From Polyangiales bacterium (GTDB lineage Bacteria; Myxococcota_A; Polyangia; Polyangiales; Polyangiaceae), in assembly GCA_038230375.1 (NCBI GenBank), contig JBBRNJ010000058.1, positions 1 through 58,917 of the forward strand: a DNA stretch of 58,917 nt. The letters run 5' to 3'. Of the stretch, positions 11,064 to 20,958 are shown one piece after another; positions within the stretch are counted from its first letter, which is position 1; each line of letters opens with the position of its first letter. The notes below the pieces were generated by a model. It ran no database searches. It was given only the letters and a program-made list of their open reading frames with translations, and was not told the DNA's origin. Position numbers and translations under genes: made by a program.

Positions 11064-12089
11064 AGTCGAGGTCGAGGTCGAGGTCGAGGTCGAGGTCGGA
11101 CGGCGCACGACGTAGAAGAAGTCCCTCGCTGACCGCTTGCCGACGTACTGGTTTTTCTCGAACACGAATCCCGGGAAGAGCGACTGCGCGGTGCGCTGGC
11201 CCGCCGCGTCCGCCTGGAACACCAGGAACCTCGGGAACGCCCAGTTCACGTCCAGCTCCGCGACGTCGGCTGCGCCTGCGTGATGCATGCTGTCCGAGAT
11301 CGCAGGCGCGGTGGTCGCGGTGCTGACGCCCACGAAGAGAAACGCGCCGCGCGCATCCGTCCCCATCGCCGAACGACGGATGACAGGATTGCCGTCAGCT
11401 GCCGCGCCCCAGTTCGTGGTCATGGGCGCGGCGAGCCCCGGGTTGCGCTTGCCATGCACGTACAGGCAGGACGGCGTCTGCCGGTAGAACGTCATGTGGG
11501 GCTCCGTCTCTGCGAGGTCGCGCCACGGCCCGATCCATACGCCATCGTCGTCGTATCCGGCGATCGTGCACGCGCTGTCCTTCGGAGCCGCGATGGTCAC
11601 GCCGTCCACCTGCATGGCGTAGTGACCGTGCTCGCTCTTCCAGCCGCCATTCCATGCGGCGAGCAGCGCCGGCTGGTCGACCGCCGGAATGATGGCTCCG
11701 CGCACGTAGCTCTGTGCGGCCGCGCCGCCATCCAGGGTCGCCAGGGCTTGCGGCTCGCTCGCGCCGGCCACCGCATGAAGACGTGTTCGCGACAGATCGA
11801 TCGCGACGATGAAGACCTCGGCATCGCTTCGCGCGGTGTCGGGATGGAGCGTCGTCTTCCACATCACCGGTGGGCCTGTGGCATCTGGCACGGGAACCCA
11901 GCGCCCGTCACCGCCGATGCGATTCGCCATCGGCCCTACATCATGCGGCGGCGAGGGTGATTCCGATGGCGCGGCGGGCAACACCGACGCGGACTCCGCC
12001 AGAGCCGCGGGCTCTGCGCCGACCAGACCGGCCGCCCCACCCATGAGCGTGGCCGCACCCAGCCCGCACGCGATCGCTGAAACTCGCAC
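11037..12089 (-). CDS. Secreted phosphodiester-glycosidase (NAGPA)-like protein
   Basis: Signal peptide; motifs AWNGGWK, RRSAMG, AELDVN, RDFFY; C-terminal ST repeat overlapping the convergent gene. Confidence 0.55.
   Translation of the reverse strand: MRVSAIACGLGAATLMGGAAGLVGAEPAALAESASVLPAAPSESPSPPHDVGPMANRIGGDGRWVPVPDATGPPVMWKTTLHPDTARSDAEVFIVAIDLSRTRLHAVAGASEPQALATLDGGAAAQSYVRGAIIPAVDQPALLAAWNGGWKSEHGHYAMQVDGVTIAAPKDSACTIAGYDDDGVWIGPWRDLAETEPHMTFYRQTPSCLYVHGKRNPGLAAPMTTNWGAAADGNPVIRRSAMGTDARGAFLFVGVSTATTAPAISDSMHHAGAADVAELDVNWAFPRFLVFQADAAGQRTAQSLFPGFVFEKNQYVGKRSARDFFYVVRRPTSTSTSTSTSTSVADQRDR
11065..11098. repeat. (GTCGAG)n hexamer tandem repeat
   Basis: Five perfect GTCGAG units plus a partial unit. 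Confidence 0.9.
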
Positions 12090-12156
12090 TCACCATTGAA
12101 TCTGCGGCCGCGAGCGTGCTCTGTCCACTGGAAGGCCGTGCGCGCGCTGAAATGCC

Positions 12157-13731
12157 TTGTGGTACGCTTTCTGGACGGTGGGCGACGCGAAGCACGAAGG
12201 CAAGCCTCATGGTGAGCAGCTGACGCTGCCCATGGATGATTTCCTCACCCGAGGCCCGACGCCGAAGATCCCGCGCGAGCGGCGCGTGTTCTGCAACCGC
12301 AACCTGAAGATGAGCCAGATCGCGTGGGTCGGGTTCGACATGGACTACACGCTGGCCATCTACGACCAGGGCGAGATGGACGATCTCTCCATCCGCGCCA
12401 CCGTCGAGAAGCTGGTGCTGCGCGGCTATCCGGAGTTCATCCGGAACATCACGCCGCCCAAGGATTTCCCGGTCCGCGGCCTGATCATCGACAAGCGGTA
12501 CGGACACATCGTGAAGATGGACCGCTACAAGTTCGTGCACAAGGGCTACCACGGCCTGCGCGAGCTCACGAAGGAGGAGATCAAGGAGCTCTACCTCCAC
12601 AAGAAGATCCGCCCGGCCACGCCGCGCTACCACTGGATCGACACGCTCTACGCGCTGTCGGAGGTCGCCTGCTACGCCGCGCTCGTCACTGCCATGGAGG
12701 AGCGCGGCTTCGCCATCGACTACGCCAAGACGTTCACGGACATCCGCGAGTGCATCGACGAGGCGCACCGCGATGGCACGATCCTGAACGCCGTCGCCGC
12801 CGATCTCCCGCGCTACACCCACCGCGATCCGAACCTGGCGCCAACGCTCCACAAGCTGCGGAGCTCCGGGAAGAAGCTCTTCCTGCTGACGAACTCGCGC
12901 TGGTCGTACTCGGACAAGATGATGACGTACCTGCTGGGTGGCGCCATGAGCGAGTACCCGTCGTGGCGAAACTTCTTCGACGTGGTGATCTGCGCGGCGC
13001 AGAAGCCCGCCTTCTTCCAGGACCACCGGCCCCTCCTCATGCGTGAGGGCGACATGCTGCGCCACGCGACGTTCCCCCTGGAGCGCGGCAAGATCTACGA
13101 GGGCGGCAACCTGTCCGACTTCGAGCGCGCGCTCGCCGTGCCCGGCGACGAGGTGCTCTATGTCGGCGATCATATCTACGGCGACATCCTGCGCTCCAAG
13201 AAGGACAGCGCGTGGCGCACGGCGATGATCATCCAGGAGCTGGAGCAAGAGACCAGCGCCCACGACCTGTGCAGCCAGGACTACGAGCGCCTGGACGAGC
13301 TCGAGAGCAAGCGTGAGCGCACCGAGGACGAGCTCCGCTTCTATCAGTCGCGCGTGAAGGAGCTCACGCGCGCACTCGAGGCGAAGCACGCTCATCCGCA
13401 GGCCGCCGCCCATGCGAATGCGGCCGCCAGCACGCACAGCCCCGCCGACCTGGAGGCCGAGCGCATCCGCATCAAGCGCGCCATCGAGCGGCTGCGTGGT
13501 GTCATCCGCGAGGTCGAGGCAGAGGTCAGCACGATCGACCGCCGAACGAACGCGCGTTTCCACCCCTACTTCGGCCCGCTCCTCAAGGAGGGCACGGAGC
13601 AATCGAGCTTCGGAAAGCAGGTCGAAGAATATGCATGCGTGTACACATCGCGCGTCTCCAACTTCCTCTCCTACTCCCCACAGCAGTACTTCCGCAGCCC
13701 GCGCGACGTGATGGCACACGAGCTGGGTTAG
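12157..13731 (+). CDS. HAD-IG family 5'-nucleotidase (cN-II-like)
   Basis: VFCNR, GFDMDYTLA (HAD motif I), LLTNS, YVGDHIYGDI, YTSRVSN. The true start is probably 12178 or 12232. Confidence 0.9.
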   Translation: MWYAFWTVGDAKHEGKPHGEQLTLPMDDFLTRGPTPKIPRERRVFCNRNLKMSQIAWVGFDMDYTLAIYDQGEMDDLSIRATVEKLVLRGYPEFIRNITPPKDFPVRGLIIDKRYGHIVKMDRYKFVHKGYHGLRELTKEEIKELYLHKKIRPATPRYHWIDTLYALSEVACYAALVTAMEERGFAIDYAKTFTDIRECIDEAHRDGTILNAVAADLPRYTHRDPNLAPTLHKLRSSGKKLFLLTNSRWSYSDKMMTYLLGGAMSEYPSWRNFFDVVICAAQKPAFFQDHRPLLMREGDMLRHATFPLERGKIYEGGNLSDFERALAVPGDEVLYVGDHIYGDILRSKKDSAWRTAMIIQELEQETSAHDLCSQDYERLDELESKRERTEDELRFYQSRVKELTRALEAKHAHPQAAAHANAAASTHSPADLEAERIRIKRAIERLRGVIREVEAEVSTIDRRTNARFHPYFGPLLKEGTEQSSFGKQVEEYACVYTSRVSNFLSYSPQQYFRSPRDVMAHELG

Positions 13732-13734
13732 ACC

Positions 13735-14844
13735 ATGCCTCCGCTGCCTCGCGTCACCTTCAAGTCGAAGCCTGAGGACTTCCGCGTCGACGAGATCTTC
13801 GCGTACGAGCCTGCAGGCGTGGGCGAGCACGTCTACGTCCACTTCGAGAAGACGGACCTCACCACCGACGAGGCCGTGCGCCGCATCGCTCGCGCGACGG
13901 GCGCGAACCAGCGCGAGGTGGGCGTGGCGGGGATGAAGGATCGGCGCGGCGTGACCTCGCAGCAGATCTCGCTCTTTCTTCCGGAGCGCCAGCATCCGGA
14001 CCTGGCGAAGATCGAAGGCATGAACGTGGACGGGGTCCGCGTCCTCTCCGTGAAGCGCCACGGCAACAAGCTGCGCACCGGACACCTGACGGGCAATCGC
14101 TTCGCGATCACGCTGCGTGACGTCCCGCGCAGCGCGATGCCCGGGATCGTCGCAGCGCTCGAAGAGGCCGGGCGTGTCGGCGTCCCCAATGCCTACGGCC
14201 GTCAGCGGTTCGGGCGCGACGACGACAACGACAAGCGCGCGCTCGCGTGGCTGCGTGGCGAGGAGCCCGGACCGCGCGACGCAAAGAAGCGACGCTTCAT
14301 GTTCTCCGCGCTGCAGTCGCGCGCCTTCAACGAGGTGCTCGCCGCGCGCGTGAGCGACGGCACGTTCGCGACCCCGATCGACGGCGACCTGCTGTGCGTG
14401 CATCGTTCCGGCGGCATCTTCACGTCCGAGAACCTCGAGGACGAGCGGGCACGCGCGCTCGCGCTGGAGATCTGTCCCAGCGGCCCCATGCCAGGCGCCA
14501 AGATGAAGGAGCCTGCCGGCGCGGCGCTCGCGCTCGAGCGTCAGGTGACGACCCGGGTGTTCGGGGAGGGCTTCGATTTCATCCGGACCGCGTCGCTTGG
14601 TGAGGGAACACGCCGCCCCCTCCGCATGCTCGTATCGGAGCTGCGAACGGAGCAGAACGCAGGCGCAGACGGGGAAGAAACGGGCGAGCTGCGGGTTTAC
14701 TTTGTGTTACCAAAAGGCGCTTATGCGACCACCGTACTGGCGGCCGCAGTCGACGCGGTTGAGCCATATGATCATGAATTTAAAGTGGAATCGGGGCTTG
14801 ATGGGGACGACGTCGGCGAACCCGTCGGTAATACAAAAGTATAA
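13735..14844 (+). CDS. truD: tRNA pseudouridine(13) synthase
   Basis: PEDFRVDE, AGMKDR (catalytic Asp), KLRTGHLTGNRF, PNAYGRQRFG, LPKGAYAT. Confidence 0.92.
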   Translation: MPPLPRVTFKSKPEDFRVDEIFAYEPAGVGEHVYVHFEKTDLTTDEAVRRIARATGANQREVGVAGMKDRRGVTSQQISLFLPERQHPDLAKIEGMNVDGVRVLSVKRHGNKLRTGHLTGNRFAITLRDVPRSAMPGIVAALEEAGRVGVPNAYGRQRFGRDDDNDKRALAWLRGEEPGPRDAKKRRFMFSALQSRAFNEVLAARVSDGTFATPIDGDLLCVHRSGGIFTSENLEDERARALALEICPSGPMPGAKMKEPAGAALALERQVTTRVFGEGFDFIRTASLGEGTRRPLRMLVSELRTEQNAGADGEETGELRVYFVLPKGAYATTVLAAAVDAVEPYDHEFKVESGLDGDDVGEPVGNTKV

Positions 14845-14945
14845 CGAACTGGCAATTGCGCGCCTGGATGGTAACCGTACAGAGGCCGGCCGGTTTTCCG
14901 TGGGCCGACACTCTTAGATCCCGAGAGGCATCGTAGGCATTCGTC

Positions 14946-15716
14946 ATGATCGAGCGAGTCAAGAGTGCGATGGTTGGCTTGGGGACCTTCTGGGTCCTCG
15001 CGTTGATGTTGATCCTGAGCGTGGTGTCGCTCGCGATCATGCTGGAGCGGGCGTGGCTCTACTGGTCGCTGCGCGATGACACCCAGGCCCTGATGAAGGA
15101 TCTCGGGCGGCTGCTCCGCGCGAAGGATCTCGAGGGCGCGCGTCGCCGGCTCGAGGCATCCCCCAGCGCAGAGGCGGCGGTCGTCGTCGCTGGTGTCGTC
15201 GAGGCGGACATGGGCGCGGACGCGGCGGAGGAGGCCATGGCGGGCGCGGCTGCGCTCCAGCGGATGAAGCTGGAGAAGCGGCTCGCGTTCCTGGGCACGC
15301 TGGGCAACAACGCGCCGTTCATCGGTCTGCTCGGAACTGTCATCGGCATCGTCGGCGCGTTCGACGAGCTCGCGAAGGCCAACACGGGGCCGGCGGTCGC
15401 GGGCGCCACGCAGGTCGCAAGCCAGGTCGCCCCGCAGGCGGTCATGGCGAACATCGCAGAGGCGCTCGTCGCCACGGCGATCGGTCTCATCGTGGCCATC
15501 CCGGCCGTCGCTGCATTCAACACCTTCCAGCGCATCGTGAAGACCACCGTCGCGAACACGGATGCGCTCGCGCACATGCTCCTTGCAAACCTGCGCGCGG
15601 AGGGTGAGCGCGCAGAAGAGCCGCCCGCACGCGCCAGCACGCCGGCGCCGCGCCCCACGAAGAACGCCGCCAAGAAGGGCAAGGCAGCGGACAACGACGA
15701 AGAGGAAGCGAGCTAG
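14946..15716 (+). CDS. exbB: MotA/TolQ/ExbB proton channel protein
   Basis: LGTLGNNAPFIGLLGTVIGI and IAEALVATAIGLIVAIPA transmembrane motifs. Confidence 0.85.
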   Translation: MIERVKSAMVGLGTFWVLALMLILSVVSLAIMLERAWLYWSLRDDTQALMKDLGRLLRAKDLEGARRRLEASPSAEAAVVVAGVVEADMGADAAEEAMAGAAALQRMKLEKRLAFLGTLGNNAPFIGLLGTVIGIVGAFDELAKANTGPAVAGATQVASQVAPQAVMANIAEALVATAIGLIVAIPAVAAFNTFQRIVKTTVANTDALAHMLLANLRAEGERAEEPPARASTPAPRPTKNAAKKGKAADNDEEEAS

Positions 15717-15719
15717 GCG

Positions 15720-16181
15720 ATGGCCGGAGGCGCACAAGACAGCGACGACGCGATCACCGGAATCAACGTGACTCCGCTCGTTGACGTCACGCTCGTTCTT
15801 CTCATCATCTTCATGGTGACGGCAAAGCTCATCGTGTCGCAGTCGGTGCCGCTGGATCTCCCGAAGGCGGCGTCGGGCACCGAGGTGCAGGTCGTCTTCA
15901 GCGTGGTCCTGGCGGCAGACGGCACGACCCAGATCGACGGCAAGACTGTCGCGAACGACGACATGATCCTTCCCGCCGCGAAGGACGCGCACATCAAGAA
16001 CAACGAGCTGCGTGCGGTCATCAAGGCCGACAGCGCAGTCCCCCACGGGCGCGTCATCCACGTGCTCGACATCCTGAAGCAGGCGCAGGTCTCCAAGATC
16101 GCGTTCGGCGTGAGCCCTGTCCCGCCCATGGTGCAGGTGCCTGGACCTGGGCCCGCGCCCGCTCCCGCGCCCAAGAAATGA
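15720..16181 (+). CDS. exbD: ExbD/TolR protein
   Basis: INVTPLVDVTLVLLIIFMVT and IKADSAVPHG motifs. Confidence 0.88.
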   Translation: MAGGAQDSDDAITGINVTPLVDVTLVLLIIFMVTAKLIVSQSVPLDLPKAASGTEVQVVFSVVLAADGTTQIDGKTVANDDMILPAAKDAHIKNNELRAVIKADSAVPHGRVIHVLDILKQAQVSKIAFGVSPVPPMVQVPGPGPAPAPAPKK

Positions 16182-16240
16182 CGTCCTGATCGCTGAACGA
16201 AGAAGCCGACCGAACCTCTCACCCGTCCAACGCAGTACCC

Positions 16241-17137
16241 ATGAGTGACGCTTCCGAACCCAAGATGATCGCCCACGCCCAGGCCGCCTCGAAAGAGGAG
16301 CCGTTGCGCAAGGTGTTTGCGATGGATCCGGGGCAGTACACCATCGGCATCGTGCTCCTGCTCGCGGAGCTGCTGCATGTCGGTGTCGCCGTGGGCGCGA
16401 TCACCTCGAGCCTGCTGGCGGACATCCTTCGGTGGAACCGCGGGATGTCCGTCGCGATCGCCGAGAAGCTCACGCAGGAGTACGAGATCACGCAAGACAA
16501 GCCCGAGCCTCCTCCGCCGCCGCCTGAGCCGGACAAGGAGCCACCGCCGCCTCCGCCGCCCATCGCGAAGGACGAGAAGATCGAGGAGCCGCCGAAGGAC
16601 GAGACACCCGCACCGACGCCCGCGCCTGCCGCAGCGGTGCTCACGCAGGATACGAAGCCGGACGCCGTCGAAGATCTCACGGGCACCACGTTCGTGAGCG
16701 GAACTGGTGATGGCACGTCGTACGGCGCCGTGTCGGCCCAGGGCACTGGTCGAAGCGGGCTCGCCGCGAAGGTCGTTCGCAACGACGGTGCACCTGGCGG
16801 AACGGGCACCGGTCCCGCAGTGCCGCCGCCGCCGCCAGTGCAGGGTCCCGATCGCTCGCGCAAGGCGGGCCTCGATGGCTCCGCTGACTGGAACGACTGC
16901 CCGTTCCCCGCCGAGGCGGACGCGGAGCAGATCGACGAGGCGTTCGTGGTCCTGCAGGTGAACGTGGGCCCGGATGGTCGGCCGACGACCATCGCCGTGA
17001 TGCAGGACCCTGGGCACGGCTTCGGACGGCAGGCGAAGATCTGCGCGCAGCGCAAGTCGTTCAAGACGGCGCTCGACCACGACGGCAACGCGATGGCTGG
17101 ACAGACCGGAAAGTTCAGCGTTCACTTCTCGCACTGA
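16241..17137 (+). CDS. TonB family energy transducer
   Basis: N-terminal TM with His, Pro/Glu-rich linker, TonB_C-like C-terminus (FPAEA...VVLQVNVGPDG...DPGHGFG); follows exbBD. Confidence 0.8.
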   Translation: MSDASEPKMIAHAQAASKEEPLRKVFAMDPGQYTIGIVLLLAELLHVGVAVGAITSSLLADILRWNRGMSVAIAEKLTQEYEITQDKPEPPPPPPEPDKEPPPPPPPIAKDEKIEEPPKDETPAPTPAPAAAVLTQDTKPDAVEDLTGTTFVSGTGDGTSYGAVSAQGTGRSGLAAKVVRNDGAPGGTGTGPAVPPPPPVQGPDRSRKAGLDGSADWNDCPFPAEADAEQIDEAFVVLQVNVGPDGRPTTIAVMQDPGHGFGRQAKICAQRKSFKTALDHDGNAMAGQTGKFSVHFSH

Positions 17138-17138
17138 C

Positions 17139-17933
17139 ATGACGCTTGGCCGGCACACGTACGGAAACGGTGAGACGGGCGTGATCGTCCTCAACGACTG
17201 GCTGTGCGACACGTCGACCTGGGACGGCGCGCGCGCGTACCTGGACGGCAGGCACTTCACGTGGGCGTTCACGGATCTGCGCGGGTACGGGGACTCGCAC
17301 GGCATCCTGGGCCACTACACGGTCGCGGAGGCAGCGACGGACGTGCTCGAGGTGGCTGATTTTCTCGGGTGGGAGCGGTTTGCGATCGTCGGACACTCGA
17401 TGAGCTCGCTCGTCGCAATGCATCTTGCGCAGGAGCAACCGGACAGCGTGACCAGCGCGGTCCTCCTCACGCCGGTGCCCCCAGCCGGCATGGGCGCGGA
17501 CGACACGGTGCTCGCGTTCCTGGACGCGGTGGCCCTGGGCGACGACGCAACGCGAGCCGCACGCTTCGGGCCCATGTGGGGTGAGCGCCTTGGGTCGACC
17601 TGGAGGAACTACAAGCTCGCTCGGTGGCGCGAGACGTCGGAGCCGCGCGCGGTCGCGGCGTACGCGCGAATGTATGCGCGCGACGGAGTGCCCGAGCCCA
17701 CGAAGAAGATCACCGTGCCGCTCCTTGCCGTGACGGGCGGAGAGGACGGCCCGCACATGCGAGAGAAGCCCGTGAGGGAGTCTCTTTCGGCGATCTGCGA
17801 GAAGCTCGACGTCGTCGCGATCGCCGACAGCGGCCACTACCCGATGCAGGAGACGCCGGCGCTGCTCTGCGCGATCATCCAGCGTTTCCTGCGCGCGAAC
17901 GCGCCCGTTCCACTCGCCCCCGAAGCACCGTAA
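17139..17933 (+). CDS. Alpha/beta fold hydrolase
   Basis: DLRGYG, nucleophile elbow GHSMS, C-terminal SGHYPMQE. Confidence 0.85.
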   Translation: MTLGRHTYGNGETGVIVLNDWLCDTSTWDGARAYLDGRHFTWAFTDLRGYGDSHGILGHYTVAEAATDVLEVADFLGWERFAIVGHSMSSLVAMHLAQEQPDSVTSAVLLTPVPPAGMGADDTVLAFLDAVALGDDATRAARFGPMWGERLGSTWRNYKLARWRETSEPRAVAAYARMYARDGVPEPTKKITVPLLAVTGGEDGPHMREKPVRESLSAICEKLDVVAIADSGHYPMQETPALLCAIIQRFLRANAPVPLAPEAP

Positions 17934-17946
17934 GGTACCGGGAGAC

Positions 17947-18885
17947 ATGGAGTCCGATCCGCGAACCGAGCTGGGGGAGATCGCCGCATCGCTGCGCGCG
18001 TACCTGGAGGTGCAGGAGGATTCGGGGGCGTGCGGGATCCCGAAGGGGAAGAGAACGACGGCGACGGGTTCGACGACGACCGGGTCGACATCGACTTCGA
18101 CTTCGACTTCGACCCCGACTTCGACTTCGACTTCGACTTCGACTTCGACCTCGACCCCGACCTCAACCTCGACCTCAACCTCGACCCCAACAACCTCAAC
18201 CTCGACCTCGACCTCGACCCCGACCCCGACCCCGACCTCGACCCCGACCTCGACCTTCCCCTCAACTTCTCCCTCTCCTCTCATCACCCTCGATCCTGCG
18301 GTGCGTCTTCCTCTTCTTCAGGCCGAGGTCGCTGCGTGTACGAAATGCGGACTCTCGACGACGCGCACGAAGACCGTGTTCTCGCGCGGGTCTCCTACGG
18401 CGAAGGTCGTCTTTCTGGGCGAGGCTCCTGGCGCGGACGAGGATGCGGAGGGAATTCCGTTCGTGGGGCGCGCAGGGCAGCTGCTCGACAAGATGATCGC
18501 GGCGATGGGGCTCGACGCCGCGAAGGACGTCTACGTCTGCAACATCCTGAAGTGCAGGCCACCGGAAAACCGCAGACCCACACCGGACGAGATGGAGACC
18601 TGCTTCCCGTTCGTGCACGAGCAGCTGCAGCTCGTGTCACCGGACGTGATCGTCGCGCTCGGGAACACCGCGGTGGCCGCGCTGCTTGGCACCAACATCG
18701 GGATCACGAAGCTCCGCGGGTCATGGAAGCTCTATCGCGGAAAGATCCCCGTGATGCCCACCTACCACCCGTCGTACTTGCTCCGGCCGACCGAGACGCA
18801 GGCCGAGTCGAAGAAGCAGGTGTGGGAGGATCTGAAAGAAGTGCTGAAGAAACTCGGACGAGAAGTGCCCGTTCGGAAGACCTGA
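17947..18885 (+). CDS. Family 4 (Fe-S) uracil-DNA glycosylase with an N-terminal Ser/Thr linker
   Basis: CTKCGL, GEAPG, PFVGRAG, KCRPPENR, YHPS motifs. Confidence 0.9.
   Translation: MESDPRTELGEIAASLRAYLEVQEDSGACGIPKGKRTTATGSTTTGSTSTSTSTSTPTSTSTSTSTSTSTPTSTSTSTSTPTTSTSTSTSTPTPTPTSTPTSTFPSTSPSPLITLDPAVRLPLLQAEVAACTKCGLSTTRTKTVFSRGSPTAKVVFLGEAPGADEDAEGIPFVGRAGQLLDKMIAAMGLDAAKDVYVCNILKCRPPENRRPTPDEMETCFPFVHEQLQLVSPDVIVALGNTAVAALLGTNIGITKLRGSWKLYRGKIPVMPTYHPSYLLRPTETQAESKKQVWEDLKEVLKKLGREVPVRKT
18084..18256. repeat. TCGAC(C/T)-type hexamer tandem repeat encoding (ST)n/(PT)n
   Basis: Long run of tcgact/tcgacc/ccgacc units in frame within the UDG gene. Confidence 0.9.
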
Positions 18886-18886
18886 C

Positions 18887-19840
18887 CTACTCGGACTTCT
18901 CGTCTCGCTTCATGGCAACCACGTGGTTCTCTCTCATCGCTCGGTCGGCGTTGGCGAGCGCCATCGCTGCGAGCCGCGCGTAGGAGTCCACCCTCGTGTA
19001 GACGTGATTGCCCGCTGCGGAGCAGCTGCCGCCTCGCGACACCACGCCGACGATGTCGCCCGTTCGCGCGTCGACCGCCGGTCCACCGGAGTCACCGCGG
19101 CAGGTCGCCTGATCCACCTCGAACTCGCGCGGGCCGAGCACCGCGCCCGTCTCGCGGTTCGATGCAGGGCCGGTCGCGAGGATCGTGCTCACTGGACGCG
19201 CGACGCGCGTGCCCACGGCCATCTTCGCACCACCGCCGAAGCCGACCGGCACGACCGCATCACCCGACTCCACCGGAGCCGTCAACCGCATGTGCATGAT
19301 GCGCACACCCGTCACCGGACGATCCAGGACGAGGAACGCGACATCCGCGTCACAGAGCACGTGACCGGACGGATGCAGTGTGCGGATCGCGTGAGCGGAA
19401 GGAACGTCACTGTCCGGATGGACCTCGGACTTGGCGTAGATGGTGATGAGCTGCGGGTCGGCGTCCTCGGCGAGGTGCACGCCGTTGTGAGAGCGTCCCT
19501 TCGCATCGCAGGATGGCGTTGCCGTGACCGCACGCGACACGCAGTGACGTGCCGTGAGGACCAGGTTTGGCGCGACCAGCGCGCCGCTGCATAGCGTGAT
19601 GTGCTGCGTGGCTTCGTCGAGCGACGTCGCGACGGCGACGACACCCGAGGACTCGCCTTCGAGCGAGAGGAGCACCGCTTGATCAGCGGGCTGTCTATTT
19701 CGCACGCAGCCGCTTCCCAGGAGCGAAAGGAGAGCGGCGGTGAGCACGATGGCGGTTTGACGTCGTCGCGGGCCGCGATTGGAACCGGAGCTCGTGTTTC
19801 GTGGAGTGTTCGAGGCGAGTTTTGGTGCTTCAGCGTTCAT
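18887..19840 (-). CDS. Trypsin-like (S1) serine protease, probable lipoprotein
   Basis: CSGALVAPNLVLTARHC, DVAFL, CRGDSGGP catalytic triad motifs; LGSGC lipobox. Confidence 0.88.
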   Translation of the reverse strand: MNAEAPKLASNTPRNTSSGSNRGPRRRQTAIVLTAALLSLLGSGCVRNRQPADQAVLLSLEGESSGVVAVATSLDEATQHITLCSGALVAPNLVLTARHCVSRAVTATPSCDAKGRSHNGVHLAEDADPQLITIYAKSEVHPDSDVPSAHAIRTLHPSGHVLCDADVAFLVLDRPVTGVRIMHMRLTAPVESGDAVVPVGFGGGAKMAVGTRVARPVSTILATGPASNRETGAVLGPREFEVDQATCRGDSGGPAVDARTGDIVGVVSRGGSCSAAGNHVYTRVDSYARLAAMALANADRAMRENHVVAMKRDEKSE

Positions 19841-19993
19841 GCGGGGCGACTACCTCTCGCCTTCTCTTTTGAGTGTGACCGATCCCACACGCGCATGCGA
19901 GCCGCGTGAATGGAAGATCACCCAAGGAGACTTCCATCGCTCACGACGCAAGCGACATGCCGCCGCCAATGACGCCGCACTGCATGCGTCAGA

Positions 19994-20896
19994 TCACTCT
20001 TGAGGTGACGGGTCGCGCACACCCTCGAGCTGCGCATTGAGCTCCGCACCCACGAGGAACATGAGGGAAGACAGCCAGAACCACACGAGCAGCACCGCCA
20101 TGGCGGCGAGGCTCCCGTAGTAGACGGTGTACCGTCCGAGCGACGTCACGTACGCACCGAACCCCCAGGACATTGACACCCACAGCGACATCGCGACAAC
20201 GGCGCCAGGCCACACGTGCCGCCTCACGCCCTTCGGCCGCGCCACCGACAGCCGATAAAACGCAGCAAGCGCACATATACCGACCAGCACCGCAACGCCG
20301 AGCGAGCTGAAGCTGCGGGCGCCGAGCCCATGCACCATCTGCCTGGTCCAATCACGCCAGTAGCCGTGCGAAGGGATCGCGACACCCGCCGAGAGGCGCG
20401 CAAAGATGGACGTGACAATGAGGACGCCGAAGGTCGCAGCGAGCACCCAGCCTATCGACAGCACGCGCTTCTTCCACCACGGGCGACGCTCCGCCGCGAG
20501 CGTCACCTCGAGCGTATCCATGAATCCGTGCGCACCGCCCGACGCGACCCACACGAAGCCCACGAACGCGAACGGCGCGATGCTGCTGTCCACGCCCGAT
20601 AGACGCTCGAGCTCACGACGCAGGACCGTCTCGGCCTGAACCGGCAAGAGCTCGAGCAATGGGCCGAGCATTGCGTCGGTGCCGTGTAGGCGCACCACGC
20701 GCCCTGCAAGGAACCCCACGAAGACGAGCAGCGGGATCAGGCTCAGGAAGAAGTGGAACGCCATGGCCGGCGCCGCTGACAATGCGTCGTGGTAGTAGAG
20801 CCCCTCGGCGAGGCGGAGCAGGGTTCGCACGAGACGCGCGACCTTGGATGCGCTCTGCGGCAGGCGCGGTGAAAGCTTGGGAGCCTGCGGCGCCAT
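19994..20896 (-). CDS. YihY/BrkB family membrane protein
   Basis: AMAFHFFLSLIP, YYGSLAAMAVLLVWFWLS, LVGAELN; multiple TM segments. Confidence 0.85.
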   Translation of the reverse strand: MAPQAPKLSPRLPQSASKVARLVRTLLRLAEGLYYHDALSAAPAMAFHFFLSLIPLLVFVGFLAGRVVRLHGTDAMLGPLLELLPVQAETVLRRELERLSGVDSSIAPFAFVGFVWVASGGAHGFMDTLEVTLAAERRPWWKKRVLSIGWVLAATFGVLIVTSIFARLSAGVAIPSHGYWRDWTRQMVHGLGARSFSSLGVAVLVGICALAAFYRLSVARPKGVRRHVWPGAVVAMSLWVSMSWGFGAYVTSLGRYTVYYGSLAAMAVLLVWFWLSSLMFLVGAELNAQLEGVRDPSPQE

Positions 20897-20958
20897 GAGT
20901 CGCTCACGGTACTACGCCGGCGTGGAGCATCGCCTCGAAATGTGGCAAGAGAAGAGGC

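Noticed and set aside
18084..18256. CRISPR-like array
   Set aside because: These are 6-bp tandem units with no unique spacers, inside a coding frame, and there are no cas genes.
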